From an uncultured Bacteroidales bacterium (GTDB taxonomy: Bacteria > Bacteroidota > Bacteroidia > Bacteroidales > VadinHA17): a stretch of DNA of 64,000 nucleotides. The notes beneath the pieces are model-generated. The model was not told where the DNA came from, ran no database searches, and saw nothing but the letters and a program-made list of their open reading frames with translations. The position numbers were made by a program, and so were the translations under genes. Location of the stretch: the NCBI GenBank assembly GCA_963757935.1, contig CAVWSZ010000005.1:138342-202341 (forward strand), written 5' to 3'. Positions within the stretch are counted from its first letter, which is position 1, and every line of letters begins with the position of its first letter. This document shows, one piece after another, positions 49,565 to 59,210 of the stretch.

Positions 49565-50584
49565 ATGACTGAAACAAAAACAGTACAGTATATCGCTAAA
49601 GATTTTAAAAGCGACCAGGAAGTCAGATGGTGCCCGGGCTGTGGTGACCATGGCATACTTGCTTCTATCCAGAAAGCAATGGCGGAACTGAATATTCCGA
49701 AAGAGAATTATGTTTTCGTCTCGGGGATAGGATGTTCGTCAAGGCTGCCGTATTATATGAATACATACGGATTCCATGGCATCCACGGACGTGCTGCCGC
49801 AATAGCCACCGGCGTCAAGATAGCAAATCCCGACCTGATGGTATGGGAAATGACCGGTGACGGCGACGCACTTGCAATCGGAGGAAACCATTTCATCCAC
49901 GCCGTAAGGAGAAACATAGATATCAACCTGATCCTTTTCAACAATGAGATCTACGGTCTTACGAAAGGTCAGTATTCACCGACATCACGCAAGGGACTTG
50001 TCACCAAAACATCACCCTACGGGACCATTGAAGAGCCCTTCAAGATAGGTGAACTGGTTCTTGGCGCTCACGGTCGCTTCTTCGCCCGCACTGTGGACTA
50101 CAGTGTCCAGGTCTCAACTGAGGTTTACAAAGCTGCTGCCCTGTTCCACGGCACATCTGTTGTGGAAGTTCTTCAGAACTGCGTCATCTTCAATGACGGT
50201 GTGCATGACGAGATCACAGACAAGGAAACCAGGGATGACAGGACCATTTTGCTGCAACATGGCATGCCAATGATATTCGGCAAGGAGAAGGAAAAGGGGA
50301 TTATGCTTGAAGGCCTGAAGCTGAAGGTTGTGAAGCTTGGCGAGAACGGTATTACCGAAAAGGATCTCCTGGTTCACGATGCCCACGAGCCAAACCCCGG
50401 GATCCATTATATGCTTGCCGGAATGTCATATCCTGAATACCCTGTAGCACTCGGAATTATCCGTGCTGTGGAAACCCAGACCTATGACGGTGCGATGATC
50501 GCCCAGCATGTAGCGATACAGGCGAAGTCGAAAATCAAATGTGTTGACGACCTGCTCCGTGAGGGCTCTACCTGGGAAGTATAA
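49565..50584 (+). CDS. korB: 2-oxoacid:ferredoxin oxidoreductase subunit beta (TPP-binding)
   Basis: WCPGCGDHGIL, GDGDALAIGGNHFIHAVRRNIDINLILFNNEIYGLTKGQ. The start is 1 nt after the korA stop. Confidence 0.9.
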   Translation: MTETKTVQYIAKDFKSDQEVRWCPGCGDHGILASIQKAMAELNIPKENYVFVSGIGCSSRLPYYMNTYGFHGIHGRAAAIATGVKIANPDLMVWEMTGDGDALAIGGNHFIHAVRRNIDINLILFNNEIYGLTKGQYSPTSRKGLVTKTSPYGTIEEPFKIGELVLGAHGRFFARTVDYSVQVSTEVYKAAALFHGTSVVEVLQNCVIFNDGVHDEITDKETRDDRTILLQHGMPMIFGKEKEKGIMLEGLKLKVVKLGENGITEKDLLVHDAHEPNPGIHYMLAGMSYPEYPVALGIIRAVETQTYDGAMIAQHVAIQAKSKIKCVDDLLREGSTWEV

Positions 50585-50641
50585 ATCTCCCGTACCGGGC
50601 GGCAGCAACCTGCCGGTATGAATATATATTTTCATAACATG

Positions 50642-50668
50642 ACCCCCTTTGGCAACGGGGGTTTTTGT
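50642..50668 (+). terminator. Intrinsic terminator after korB
   Basis: Stem accccc (50642-47) / gggggt (50657-62), followed by TTTTGTT. Confidence 0.6.
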
Positions 50669-50703
50669 TATTTTTGTCCCCTGATCAGACCGACTTTCAG
50701 CCA

Positions 50704-53700
50704 ATGGATAAACTGACCCAAAAAAATCCGGAACTTGACCCTTCGCAGGTCCAGCAGACTGAGAGGCTGAAAGAACTGGCATGCATCAGCGCCACTACCC
50801 TGATACTCAGGGAGGGCAAACCCATTGACACCACACTTCAGCAGATAACACTCCTTCTTCCTGACGCCTTCCAGTTTCCTGCATTCACGTCGGTACGAAT
50901 CAGCTTTCGCAGCAATTCCTTTGAAACGGCAGGTTTTCAGGAGTCCGAATGGAGACTGGTGCAGGACTTTACTGCAATGGATAATTCGAAGGGTGCTATA
51001 GAAATCTTCTATACCTGTGATTTCCCTGCCGAGAGTGAAGGACCGTTCCTGAAGGAGGAGAGGGACCTGATCCGCAATATCGCCAACCTTGTGACAAGGT
51101 ACATAAACAGCTACCTTGCCCGGTCCCTTACACTGGCTGAAAAGATTATCCATAATGAGGAAGAAGAGGATAAGGTAGCTTCAAGCAGGAGGATGCTTCA
51201 GAAATTTCTCGACAGGCACAATGCCGAGAGGGATGTCTTTCATGACCTGATGCCATTTATGGTCAGGGAGATACTCCTGGTTGCCAACCTCTATGATGCA
51301 TATTCAATTGAAGGCGAGGGCCGTTTCTCAGATTATATACTCGGCGTCTACTACCAGCTGAGCCTCACCTCGATTCCCCGGGTCACCGGTGTCTACGGCG
51401 AGGAAGAAGTGATGAGCCGCCTCGAGGTCAGACACTATGACATGATAATTATTATGGTCGGTGTCGATAAGGAGAGCCCGATGAACCTCTGCAGGAAGCT
51501 TAAGGACAAATATCCTTATATCCCGGCATACCTCCTGATCAGCAACCCCGGCATCATCCCGTTTGTGCTTAATCAGAAAAGCCTCGGAGTGCCATTCGAC
51601 AACTACTTCATGTGGACCGGCGAGTCCAAAGTCTTCTTCGCAATGGTCAAGCTGCTTGAAGACAAGGTGAATGTCGAAAATGATACAAAAATTGGTCTTA
51701 CAAGGGTCATCCTGATAATCGAGGACTCGGTCGAATACTACTCAAGCTACCTGCCAATGCTCTATACTCTCGTAATGGAGCAGACAAAGAACCTGATTGA
51801 AGACGTATCCTCTGACGAGTTGTACAAGGTACTTAAACTCAGGGCGAGGCCCAAAATCCTCCTGGCTTCAAACTATGAGGATGCAATGGCAAATTTTACC
51901 AGGTACAAGGACAGCCTCCTGGGAGTAATTTCAGATATGCGGTTTCCCCGAAACGGTGTACTCAACGATATGGCCGGGTTTGACCTGATAAAGCAGATCA
52001 AACAGGAACTTCCCAACCTGCCCACCGTCCTGCAGTCGTCTGACACGGAGAACCTTAAATATGCCCAGATACTGAAGGCCAACTTCATAAACAAGAACTC
52101 GGAAAGCCTGCTTCAGGACCTGAAATCATTCATCAACTACTATCTTGGCTTCGGCCACTTTGTCTACAGGGACACCAGGGGACGACAGATAGCCGTGGCG
52201 AAGTCGATGAAGGAGTTCGAGTCATACCTTCGGACCGTGCCGGAAGACTCGCTTGTATATCATGCAATGAAGAACCACTTCTCACTCTGGCTTATGGCCC
52301 GCGGGGAGGTGAAGGTTGCCAAGATAATTAACCCCATTAAGATTTCCGACTTTGATACCCTCACTGAATTGAGGGAGTATCTCATCGATATCATCCGCAA
52401 GAGAAGGCGTGAGAGGAACAAGGGCAAAGTGGTAAACTTTGACGAGACCCTTGTGATTGACGAGACAAATGTGGTGAGTCTGTCAAGCGGCTCCCTGGGC
52501 GGTAAGGGCCGTGGCCTTGCATTTGTTAATACACTCATTTACAGTTTCGATCTGAAACGTCTTTTACCTGAGATGAATATAAAGTCTCCGGTAACCGCAA
52601 TCATAGGGACCGATGAGTTTGATATGTTCATGGACCGTAACCGTTTGTGGGACAAGGTTAAAGAGGAGAAGGACTATAAGACCCTGCAGAAATGCTTTCT
52701 GGAAGGAACCCTGAGCCTTCCGTTGCTGAAAAAACTGAAGACCCTGCTGACCCTTCTCAAAGGACCACTTGCCGTGCGCTCATCGAGTCTCTTCGAAGAC
52801 TCCACCAGCCAGCCTTTTTCGGGGGTCTTCGGAACATACCTCCTTCCCAACAACGATCCTGACCCTGATGTCCGGCTGAAACACCTCAGGGATGCTATCA
52901 AGCTTGTCTTTGCATCAATATATTCAGTCAACGCAAGGACCTATTTCGAAGCCATCGGATACAAGGTGGAGCAGGAAAAGATGGCCATCGTCATTCAGTC
53001 CGTGGTTGGACACAGGTACGGCGATGCCTTTTATCCCCATATCAGCGGCACAGCACAGTCATTCAACTTTTACCCCGTGGCCAATATGACCACAGGCGAC
53101 GGATTTGCAGTCATGGCGGTGGGGCTGGGCCAGTATGTACTGGAGGGAGAAAGGGCTTTCAGGTTCTCACCTGCCCTCCCTGCACTCGACATAATACCCG
53201 TAAAAGAGCTGGCCAGGAGCACCCAGAGAACTTTCTACGCCGTGGATATGGCGAAGAAAAAGATAGACCTGCTTGAAGGTGAGAGTGCCGGGCTGGTCAC
53301 CCTTGACATAAGCCAGGCCGAGCACGACGGCAACCTTAAGCACTGCGCTTCGGTACTCAGTTCGGAAAATGATACAGTTATTCCGGGGCTGGATCTTCCA
53401 GGCCCGCGGATAGTCAACTTCGCCAATATTCTGAAGTATGACTATATACCTCTGGCAAAGACAATCAAGGCTGTTCTGGATGTTGTGATGGAAGCGTTCG
53501 GTGCACCTGTAGAGATTGAATATGCCGTTGATCTGACAAAAGATGCCGATGGAAACGCCACCTTTTACCTCCTGCAGATAAAACCACTGGTGGGAAGCAT
53601 TGCAGGCTATACTATCGAACCTGATACAGTCAATACAGAGGATACTCTGATGGTGACGCTCAGAAGCATGGGAAACGGAGTTATAAGCGACATTACAGAT

Positions 53701-54150
53701 ATTGTATATGCCGATCCGGAATTATGCAGCAACATGAAGACACAGGAGATGGCTGAAGAAATTGACATTATAAACCGCAAAATGCTTCACGAGAACCGGA
53801 AATATGTGCTTCTGGGTCCGGGCAGATGGGGAACCAGGGACAGGTTCCTGGGCATACCTGTGAAATGGCCTCAGATATCCAATGCCAAAGTCATAGTTGA
53901 GTACAGTTTTCCCAAATTCCACGTAGACGCCTCACTCGGATCGCATTTTTTCCATAATGTAACATCGATGAATATCGGTTATTTCTCGATCGACCAGGAC
54001 TCTGAGGAAGAATCCATTGCGTGGGATAAACTCAAAAAGCAGAAACTGGTTGAAAAGGGCAGTTTCTTCAGGCATATAAGGTTTGAAAAGCCATTGCTTA
54101 TCCGGATGGACGGCAGGAAGCGAATGGCCGTAATATCTATGACGCACTGA
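50704..54150 (+). CDS. Large multidomain protein: GAF-like N-terminus, degenerate receiver, receiver, PEP/pyruvate-binding (PPDK_N ATP-grasp) domain, conserved C-terminal domain
   Basis: The ATG at 50704 gives MDKLTQ. REC-like region: VILIIEDSVEYY...GVISDMRFP (Asp codon 51934-36). ATP-grasp region: GGKGRGLAF, VRSSSLFEDS..QPFSGVFGTY, YLLQIKPL. C-terminus: LLGPGRWGTRDRFLGIPV. I see no GGxTSHAAI swivel motif. Confidence 0.72.
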   Translation: MDKLTQKNPELDPSQVQQTERLKELACISATTLILREGKPIDTTLQQITLLLPDAFQFPAFTSVRISFRSNSFETAGFQESEWRLVQDFTAMDNSKGAIEIFYTCDFPAESEGPFLKEERDLIRNIANLVTRYINSYLARSLTLAEKIIHNEEEEDKVASSRRMLQKFLDRHNAERDVFHDLMPFMVREILLVANLYDAYSIEGEGRFSDYILGVYYQLSLTSIPRVTGVYGEEEVMSRLEVRHYDMIIIMVGVDKESPMNLCRKLKDKYPYIPAYLLISNPGIIPFVLNQKSLGVPFDNYFMWTGESKVFFAMVKLLEDKVNVENDTKIGLTRVILIIEDSVEYYSSYLPMLYTLVMEQTKNLIEDVSSDELYKVLKLRARPKILLASNYEDAMANFTRYKDSLLGVISDMRFPRNGVLNDMAGFDLIKQIKQELPNLPTVLQSSDTENLKYAQILKANFINKNSESLLQDLKSFINYYLGFGHFVYRDTRGRQIAVAKSMKEFESYLRTVPEDSLVYHAMKNHFSLWLMARGEVKVAKIINPIKISDFDTLTELREYLIDIIRKRRRERNKGKVVNFDETLVIDETNVVSLSSGSLGGKGRGLAFVNTLIYSFDLKRLLPEMNIKSPVTAIIGTDEFDMFMDRNRLWDKVKEEKDYKTLQKCFLEGTLSLPLLKKLKTLLTLLKGPLAVRSSSLFEDSTSQPFSGVFGTYLLPNNDPDPDVRLKHLRDAIKLVFASIYSVNARTYFEAIGYKVEQEKMAIVIQSVVGHRYGDAFYPHISGTAQSFNFYPVANMTTGDGFAVMAVGLGQYVLEGERAFRFSPALPALDIIPVKELARSTQRTFYAVDMAKKKIDLLEGESAGLVTLDISQAEHDGNLKHCASVLSSENDTVIPGLDLPGPRIVNFANILKYDYIPLAKTIKAVLDVVMEAFGAPVEIEYAVDLTKDADGNATFYLLQIKPLVGSIAGYTIEPDTVNTEDTLMVTLRSMGNGVISDITDIVYADPELCSNMKTQEMAEEIDIINRKMLHENRKYVLLGPGRWGTRDRFLGIPVKWPQISNAKVIVEYSFPKFHVDASLGSHFFHNVTSMNIGYFSIDQDSEEESIAWDKLKKQKLVEKGSFFRHIRFEKPLLIRMDGRKRMAVISMTH

Positions 54151-55027
54151 ACTGAGCGCTCTCCGTCAGCATATCCTTATTCACTTTTTTTATCAGTCCC
54201 TGTAGCACGGCACCGGGTCCCACCTCGGTGAATTCAGTGGCACCGTCAGCGATCATGTTCTGAACGCTCTGTGTCCACCGTACCGGTGATGTAAGCTGTG
54301 CGATGAGGTTTGCCTTTATCACTTCAGGGTCAGCCGACGGTCTGGCAGTTGCATTCTGGTATACAGGGCAGCGGGGAGTGCTGAACTGTGCAACTTTGAT
54401 TGCAGCTTCAAGTTCTGCACGGGCCGGCTCCATGCATGGCGAGTGAAATCCTCCGCTCACGGCAAGCGGGATGGCGCGTTTTGCCCCCCTGGCCTTTAGC
54501 AACTCGATGGCAGCATCAACGCTCTCAACTGTTCCGGAGATCACTATCTGTCCGGGACTGTTGTAGTTGGCAGGCACCACGGTGCCGGGGATCTCACGGC
54601 ACACTTCCTCTACAACCGCATCATCCATCCCCAGAATAGCAGCCATCGTCGAGGGTGTCAGTTCACATGCCTTCTGCATCGCCCTGGCCCTTCCTGCAAC
54701 CAGTGTCAACCCCTGCTCAAAAGAGAGGGCCCCTGAAGCTACAAGCGCCGACAACTCTCCAAGGGAGTGCCCGGCCACCATTGACGGATTGAAGTTCTTG
54801 CCAAGCACCGCTGCCAGGATCACAGAGTGCAGAAATATTGCAGGCTGGGTCACCCTGGTCTGGCGCAGCTCATCGTCAGTCCCGCTGAACATTGTGTCAG
54901 TTATGCGGAAGCCCAGCAGTTCATTTGCTCTTTCAAACATCTCACGCGCCAGCGGAGAATTATCGTACAGTTCTTTGCCCATGCCCGGATACTGCGCACC
55001 CTGACCGGGAAATACATATGCTTTCAT
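54137..55027 (-). CDS. fabD: ACP S-malonyltransferase
   Basis: The start at 55027 gives MKAYVFPGQGAQYPGMG. Active site is GHSLGE. The 3' end overlaps the convergent gene by 14 nt. Confidence 0.95.
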   Translation of the reverse strand: MKAYVFPGQGAQYPGMGKELYDNSPLAREMFERANELLGFRITDTMFSGTDDELRQTRVTQPAIFLHSVILAAVLGKNFNPSMVAGHSLGELSALVASGALSFEQGLTLVAGRARAMQKACELTPSTMAAILGMDDAVVEEVCREIPGTVVPANYNSPGQIVISGTVESVDAAIELLKARGAKRAIPLAVSGGFHSPCMEPARAELEAAIKVAQFSTPRCPVYQNATARPSADPEVIKANLIAQLTSPVRWTQSVQNMIADGATEFTEVGPGAVLQGLIKKVNKDMLTESAQFSAS

Positions 55028-55108
55028 ATCATATACAGTTTTTAACGGCGCAAAAATACACAAATTGATATTATATGTGCATTTGCACCGGCATAAATGT
55101 CGTAACTG

Positions 55109-55744
55109 TTAATGCAACTTATTACCTATCAGGTGAATGAATTCTTCTCTTGTATTGAGGTTGGAGAGGAAACATCCGGTGAAAGCCGATGTGGTTGTGA
55201 CTGAGTTCTGTTTCTGCACACCCCGTATCTGCATGCACATATGCTGAGCCTCGATTACCACAGCTACTCCCAGAGGTTTAAGGTTCTCCTGCAGACAGTT
55301 GCGTATCTGTGTCGTCAGTCTCTCCTGTACCTGCAGTCTCGATGCAAAAGCATCTACCACCCGTGCTATCTTGCTCAGGCCTGTGATGTACCCGTCAGGG
55401 ATATATGCCACATGCGCCTTGCCGAAGAAAGGCAGCATATGATGTTCACACATTGAGTAAATGTCAATATCCTTCACGATGACCATCTGCCGGTATTCCT
55501 CCTTGAAAATGGCTCCCTTGAGTATCTGTTCCGGGTCCTGGTTGTAACCCCTTGTCAGGAAGCTTAGCGCCTTGGCAACCCTTGAGGGAGTGTTCAGAAG
55601 TCCCTCCCTGTCAGGGTCCTCACCCAGCAGCTGCAGTATCCTGTAGTAATACCCCGAAATCTCCTTGATCGTTTCCGGGTCCCACCGTTCGATCTTGTTG
55701 TAACCGTCGGACAGCTTCCCGCCGCCGTCATTCAATTTTTCCAT
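55109..55744 (-). CDS. folE: GTP cyclohydrolase I
   Basis: [33 protein letters not shown]. Confidence 0.95.
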   Translation of the reverse strand: MEKLNDGGGKLSDGYNKIERWDPETIKEISGYYYRILQLLGEDPDREGLLNTPSRVAKALSFLTRGYNQDPEQILKGAIFKEEYRQMVIVKDIDIYSMCEHHMLPFFGKAHVAYIPDGYITGLSKIARVVDAFASRLQVQERLTTQIRNCLQENLKPLGVAVVIEAQHMCMQIRGVQKQNSVTTTSAFTGCFLSNLNTREEFIHLIGNKLH

Positions 55745-55747
55745 ATG

Positions 55748-56158
55748 TTATCCGTAATAGTCAACAAAGTTATTTTCTGTCTCTTCAATTCTCACGCAGT
55801 GAAGCGTCGCACCCTCAACCCTGAGAGGGGCCTCGAGTTCACCCCATATTGCCATGGCAAGGTTCTCCGTGGTTGCCACCCTGCCCCTCATGAAATCAGT
55901 CTCCAGGTTCATGTTTTTGTGGTCGAGTTTCACGATGACCTTCTCTGCAATTATCTCCTTCAGCCTGGTTGCATTCATAAAATACCCGACCTGCGGGTCG
56001 GCATCACCCCTGACAGTCACTTTCAGTACATAGTTATGACCGTGCCACAGGGGATTGGAGCACTTTCCGTATATCTGCTGGTTCTCTTCGTCACTCAACT
56101 CTTCGCGGTACATCCTGTGCGCTGCGCAGAACCTTTCTCTCCTTGTCAGGTAGATCAT
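55748..56158 (-). CDS. queD: 6-carboxytetrahydropterin / 6-pyruvoyl-tetrahydropterin synthase
   Basis: 136 aa: F.AAHR, CSNPLWHGHNY, LDHKNMN. Confidence 0.88.
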   Translation of the reverse strand: MIYLTRRERFCAAHRMYREELSDEENQQIYGKCSNPLWHGHNYVLKVTVRGDADPQVGYFMNATRLKEIIAEKVIVKLDHKNMNLETDFMRGRVATTENLAMAIWGELEAPLRVEGATLHCVRIEETENNFVDYYG

Positions 56159-56298
56159 GCCTTGTGTGGTTTATTGAACAGTAAAATTGACGATTAAATT
56201 CGTCAAAAGCAAAATATTGCAGGGCCTGATTATATCTGTCAGAGGCTGCCGGATTGTTACACGACGTAATTAAAATAGACTGTCCGGAATAATATGAG

Positions 56299-56306
56299 TA
56301 TTTTTG
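56299..56306 (+). promoter_or_regulatory. Bacteroidota -7 promoter box
   Basis: TATTTTTG lies 60 nt upstream of the ATG at 56366. Confidence 0.35.
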
Positions 56307-56365
56307 TATCGGGAATCTGTTGTGACTAAAGACGGAAACATATTCCACCGTTACCTGTCGAAAGA

Positions 56366-58261
56366 ATGAAAAAAGTGAAACAACCTGAGGATGAGACCTT
56401 CTTCGGAGCCGTGTTTCAAAACAGCATGGACGGTATTCTTATTACAGCAACTGACGGGAGCATTCTCGCTGCCAACCCCGTCGCATGCACAATTCTTGGC
56501 AGGTCCGAGGCAGAGATTATAAAACAGGGACGTGACGGAGTGGTTGACCTGACTGATGACCGGCTACCCGGCCTGCTTGAGGAAAGGAAAAGGAGCGGAA
56601 AAGCCAGGGGGGTGATCAGAATGATCAGAAAAGACGGTTCACTTTTTCCGGTTGACATTTCCTCTACCGTTTATAAGGCTGAGGACGGCAAGCAGAGAAC
56701 GGTGATAATTATCCGTGATATTACAGAAGAGCTCAAGGCTGAGTTATTATTGAAAAGCGTCCTTTCAAATGCACCTGTAACTATTTTTGCCACAGACAGT
56801 AAAGGCTTATTTACGTTATCAGAAGGCAGGGAACTGACTAAGGCCGGATTAAGACCCGGAGAGAATGTCGGGGTGTCTGCCTATAAACTTTATGGATCTC
56901 TTTCTTTTGTTGAAAATACAGGGAATAAGATCACGGGGAAGGAAGTGCTTGACCGTGCACTTTCAGGCGAAACTATGACTTTGACCAATGAGTTGAACGG
57001 TGTGTATTTCGAAAATCATATAGCTCCGATTACAAATGAGAAGGACGAGGTAACAGGGATTGTCGGGTTGGCAGTTAATATAACAGACCAGAAGGTGTTG
57101 GAAATGTCTCTGCGGAAGAGTGAGGCCAGGTATCGCATGCTTTTTAATCATTCAACCATTCCAACATGGGAAGCGGACTTTTCAAGGGTAAAAGAATGCC
57201 TTGAAAATCTGAAAAAGAGAAAGGTGCATGATTTTCTCTCCTACTTCAGGGAGAATCCGGAAAAAACTGTCTTTTGCATTTCACTGGTGAGAATAACAGA
57301 TGTCAACGTGACATCACTGAATTATTTTGGGGTAAAGGATATTTCTGACCTTACCCTGAAGCTTCCAACGCTTTTTACCAGGAAATCAGTTATCATTTTT
57401 GCGGAAATACTGGCATTATTGGCGGAGGGAAGGAAACAGGCCGAGAAGGATATTCAGTTAAAAACCCCCGATGGTAAATTTAAATACCTGAATCTCCGCC
57501 TTCAGGTAATGTCTGACAGTTTCTACAGCCTCTCCAGGGTAATTGTTACCTGGATAGACATTTCTGACAGGATGAATTATGAGGAGCACCTGAAAAAGTC
57601 AAGCGAGGCTCTCAGGGAGTTAAACTTGCATATTGAGGAAGCACGTGAAAATGAAAGGATAAAAATTTCACTTAATCTGCATGATGACCTTGGCCAGAAA
57701 CTGACTGCCCTTAAAATGGATTTTGCATGGTTGAAAACCAGAATAGGGGTACAGTCACCGCTGGTTGTGGACAAACTTGCCGGCATTATAGGGACAATTG
57801 ATGACACTGTTGAAACTGTTCAAAATATCTCCTCTGACCTTTGGCCCGGGATGCTTTATGATCTTGGTTTGAAAACAGCGGTTGAGTGGCAACTCGAGCA
57901 GTTTACAAAAAATACCGGCATAAAAGCCACCCTTAAGACCTCACCGGCAGAATTCCAGGTTGAAGACAGACTGTCAATAATCCTGTACAGGATCATACAG
58001 GGGTCACTCACCAATGTTTCACGACATTCAAAGGCAAAAAATGTCTGGATTAGCATGAGATCAGCCAAAAACCATCTCAGGCTTACAGTAAGGGACAATG
58101 GGGTCGGAATTGAAAAGGAAAAATTAACTGACCCGAAATCATTTGGCCTGATGGGTTTAAGAGAAAGGGCAAGAGCCTACGGAGGTGAGCTTAGAATTAC
58201 AGGCAAAAAGGGGGTTGGCACCAGGGTCGAGGTGGCAATTCCATTGGATGGAGGGATATAA
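56366..58261 (+). CDS. Cytoplasmic multi-PAS sensor histidine kinase, HisKA_3 (NarX/DegS-like) type
   Basis: 631 aa with PAS blocks (FQNSMDGILITATDG...) and the H-box ISLNLHDDLGQKLTALK. The ATPase region has NVSRHSKA, VRDNGVGI, GLMGLRERA. Confidence 0.85.
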   Translation: MKKVKQPEDETFFGAVFQNSMDGILITATDGSILAANPVACTILGRSEAEIIKQGRDGVVDLTDDRLPGLLEERKRSGKARGVIRMIRKDGSLFPVDISSTVYKAEDGKQRTVIIIRDITEELKAELLLKSVLSNAPVTIFATDSKGLFTLSEGRELTKAGLRPGENVGVSAYKLYGSLSFVENTGNKITGKEVLDRALSGETMTLTNELNGVYFENHIAPITNEKDEVTGIVGLAVNITDQKVLEMSLRKSEARYRMLFNHSTIPTWEADFSRVKECLENLKKRKVHDFLSYFRENPEKTVFCISLVRITDVNVTSLNYFGVKDISDLTLKLPTLFTRKSVIIFAEILALLAEGRKQAEKDIQLKTPDGKFKYLNLRLQVMSDSFYSLSRVIVTWIDISDRMNYEEHLKKSSEALRELNLHIEEARENERIKISLNLHDDLGQKLTALKMDFAWLKTRIGVQSPLVVDKLAGIIGTIDDTVETVQNISSDLWPGMLYDLGLKTAVEWQLEQFTKNTGIKATLKTSPAEFQVEDRLSIILYRIIQGSLTNVSRHSKAKNVWISMRSAKNHLRLTVRDNGVGIEKEKLTDPKSFGLMGLRERARAYGGELRITGKKGVGTRVEVAIPLDGGI

Positions 58262-58381
58262 TTTAGCAGCTGTCGTCAGAAGTCACAGACGGTGATTCGA
58301 TATATGTTAGTTTCATTTTAAATAATGTGCTAACTTTAAGATGAGATATGAACAGTGATGCATTTACATATCTGATAAATT

Positions 58382-59019
58382 ATGATACGGGTACTGATAA
58401 CAGATGACCACCCTATTGTCCGTCAGGGGATAAGACAGATTCTTGAAGATGATAAAGACCTGAGGTTCGGCTTGATAGAAGAAGCCTGCAACGGCAAGGA
58501 ACTTCTCGAAAAAATAGGTGAAAAGGATTTTGATGTTATTCTCCTTGACATATCTCATGCCCGGAAGGAGCGGGCTGGAATTAATCAGTGAAGTTAAAAG
58601 ATTAAAACCTGCCACATCTATCTTGATCCTGAGTATATATCCTGAGGAACAGTACGCCCTGAGAGCCCTGAAGCTTGGTGCAATGGGATATCTTACAAAA
58701 TCAAGTGCTCCGGAGGAGCTTATTGATGCTGTGGTAAAAACAGCCAGGAGGTACCCGCTATATTACTGCCTCTCTTGCAGACAGGATAACACTGGACTTT
58801 ATAACTGATAAGGATAAACCGTTATATGCCGAGTTATCCGCCCGGGAACTGGAGGTGCTGACACTTCTGTCTTCCGGGAAAACAATCAGCAGCATTGGTA
58901 AAGAATTGTCTTTAAGCCCGAAAACGATAAGCACTTACAGGGAAAGGATACTTGCTAAACTGAACCTGAAGACCACCTCCGATATTATTGTCTATGCAAT
59001 AAAGGAAGGACTGGTATAA
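58382..59019 (+). pseudogene. NarL/LuxR-family response regulator broken by two frame changes
   Basis: The three segments lie in frames 2, 0 and 1. Segment 1: MIRVLITDDHPIVRQG...DVILLDIS. Segment 2: MPGRSGLELISEVK...GYLTKSSAPEELIDAVVKTA. Segment 3: GGTRYIT...LSARELEVLTLLSSGKTISSIGKELSLSPKTISTYRERILAKL. The joins are near 58556 and 58746. Confidence 0.85.
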
Positions 59020-59210
59020 CGGTATCACTATTGCTGATCGCCATGATTGGTGCTTGTAGGCAATTCCCTACAATATTTTCAGTCAAATCCTTACAGTTTA
59101 TTTTATTGTCTTCCAGTACCTTCCCGCAGTTAATTTCATAATAATTTAATCATTATTATACTTTGGCCGGGAAGGAAAAATGAAAGGCCTCAATTACCAA
59201 TGTTGAAAAC

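Noticed and set aside
50595-50625. Hairpin directly after the korB stop, considered as a terminator
   Set aside because: It has only a 6-bp stem (cggcag/ctgccg) and no T-run. The better candidate is at 50642-50668.
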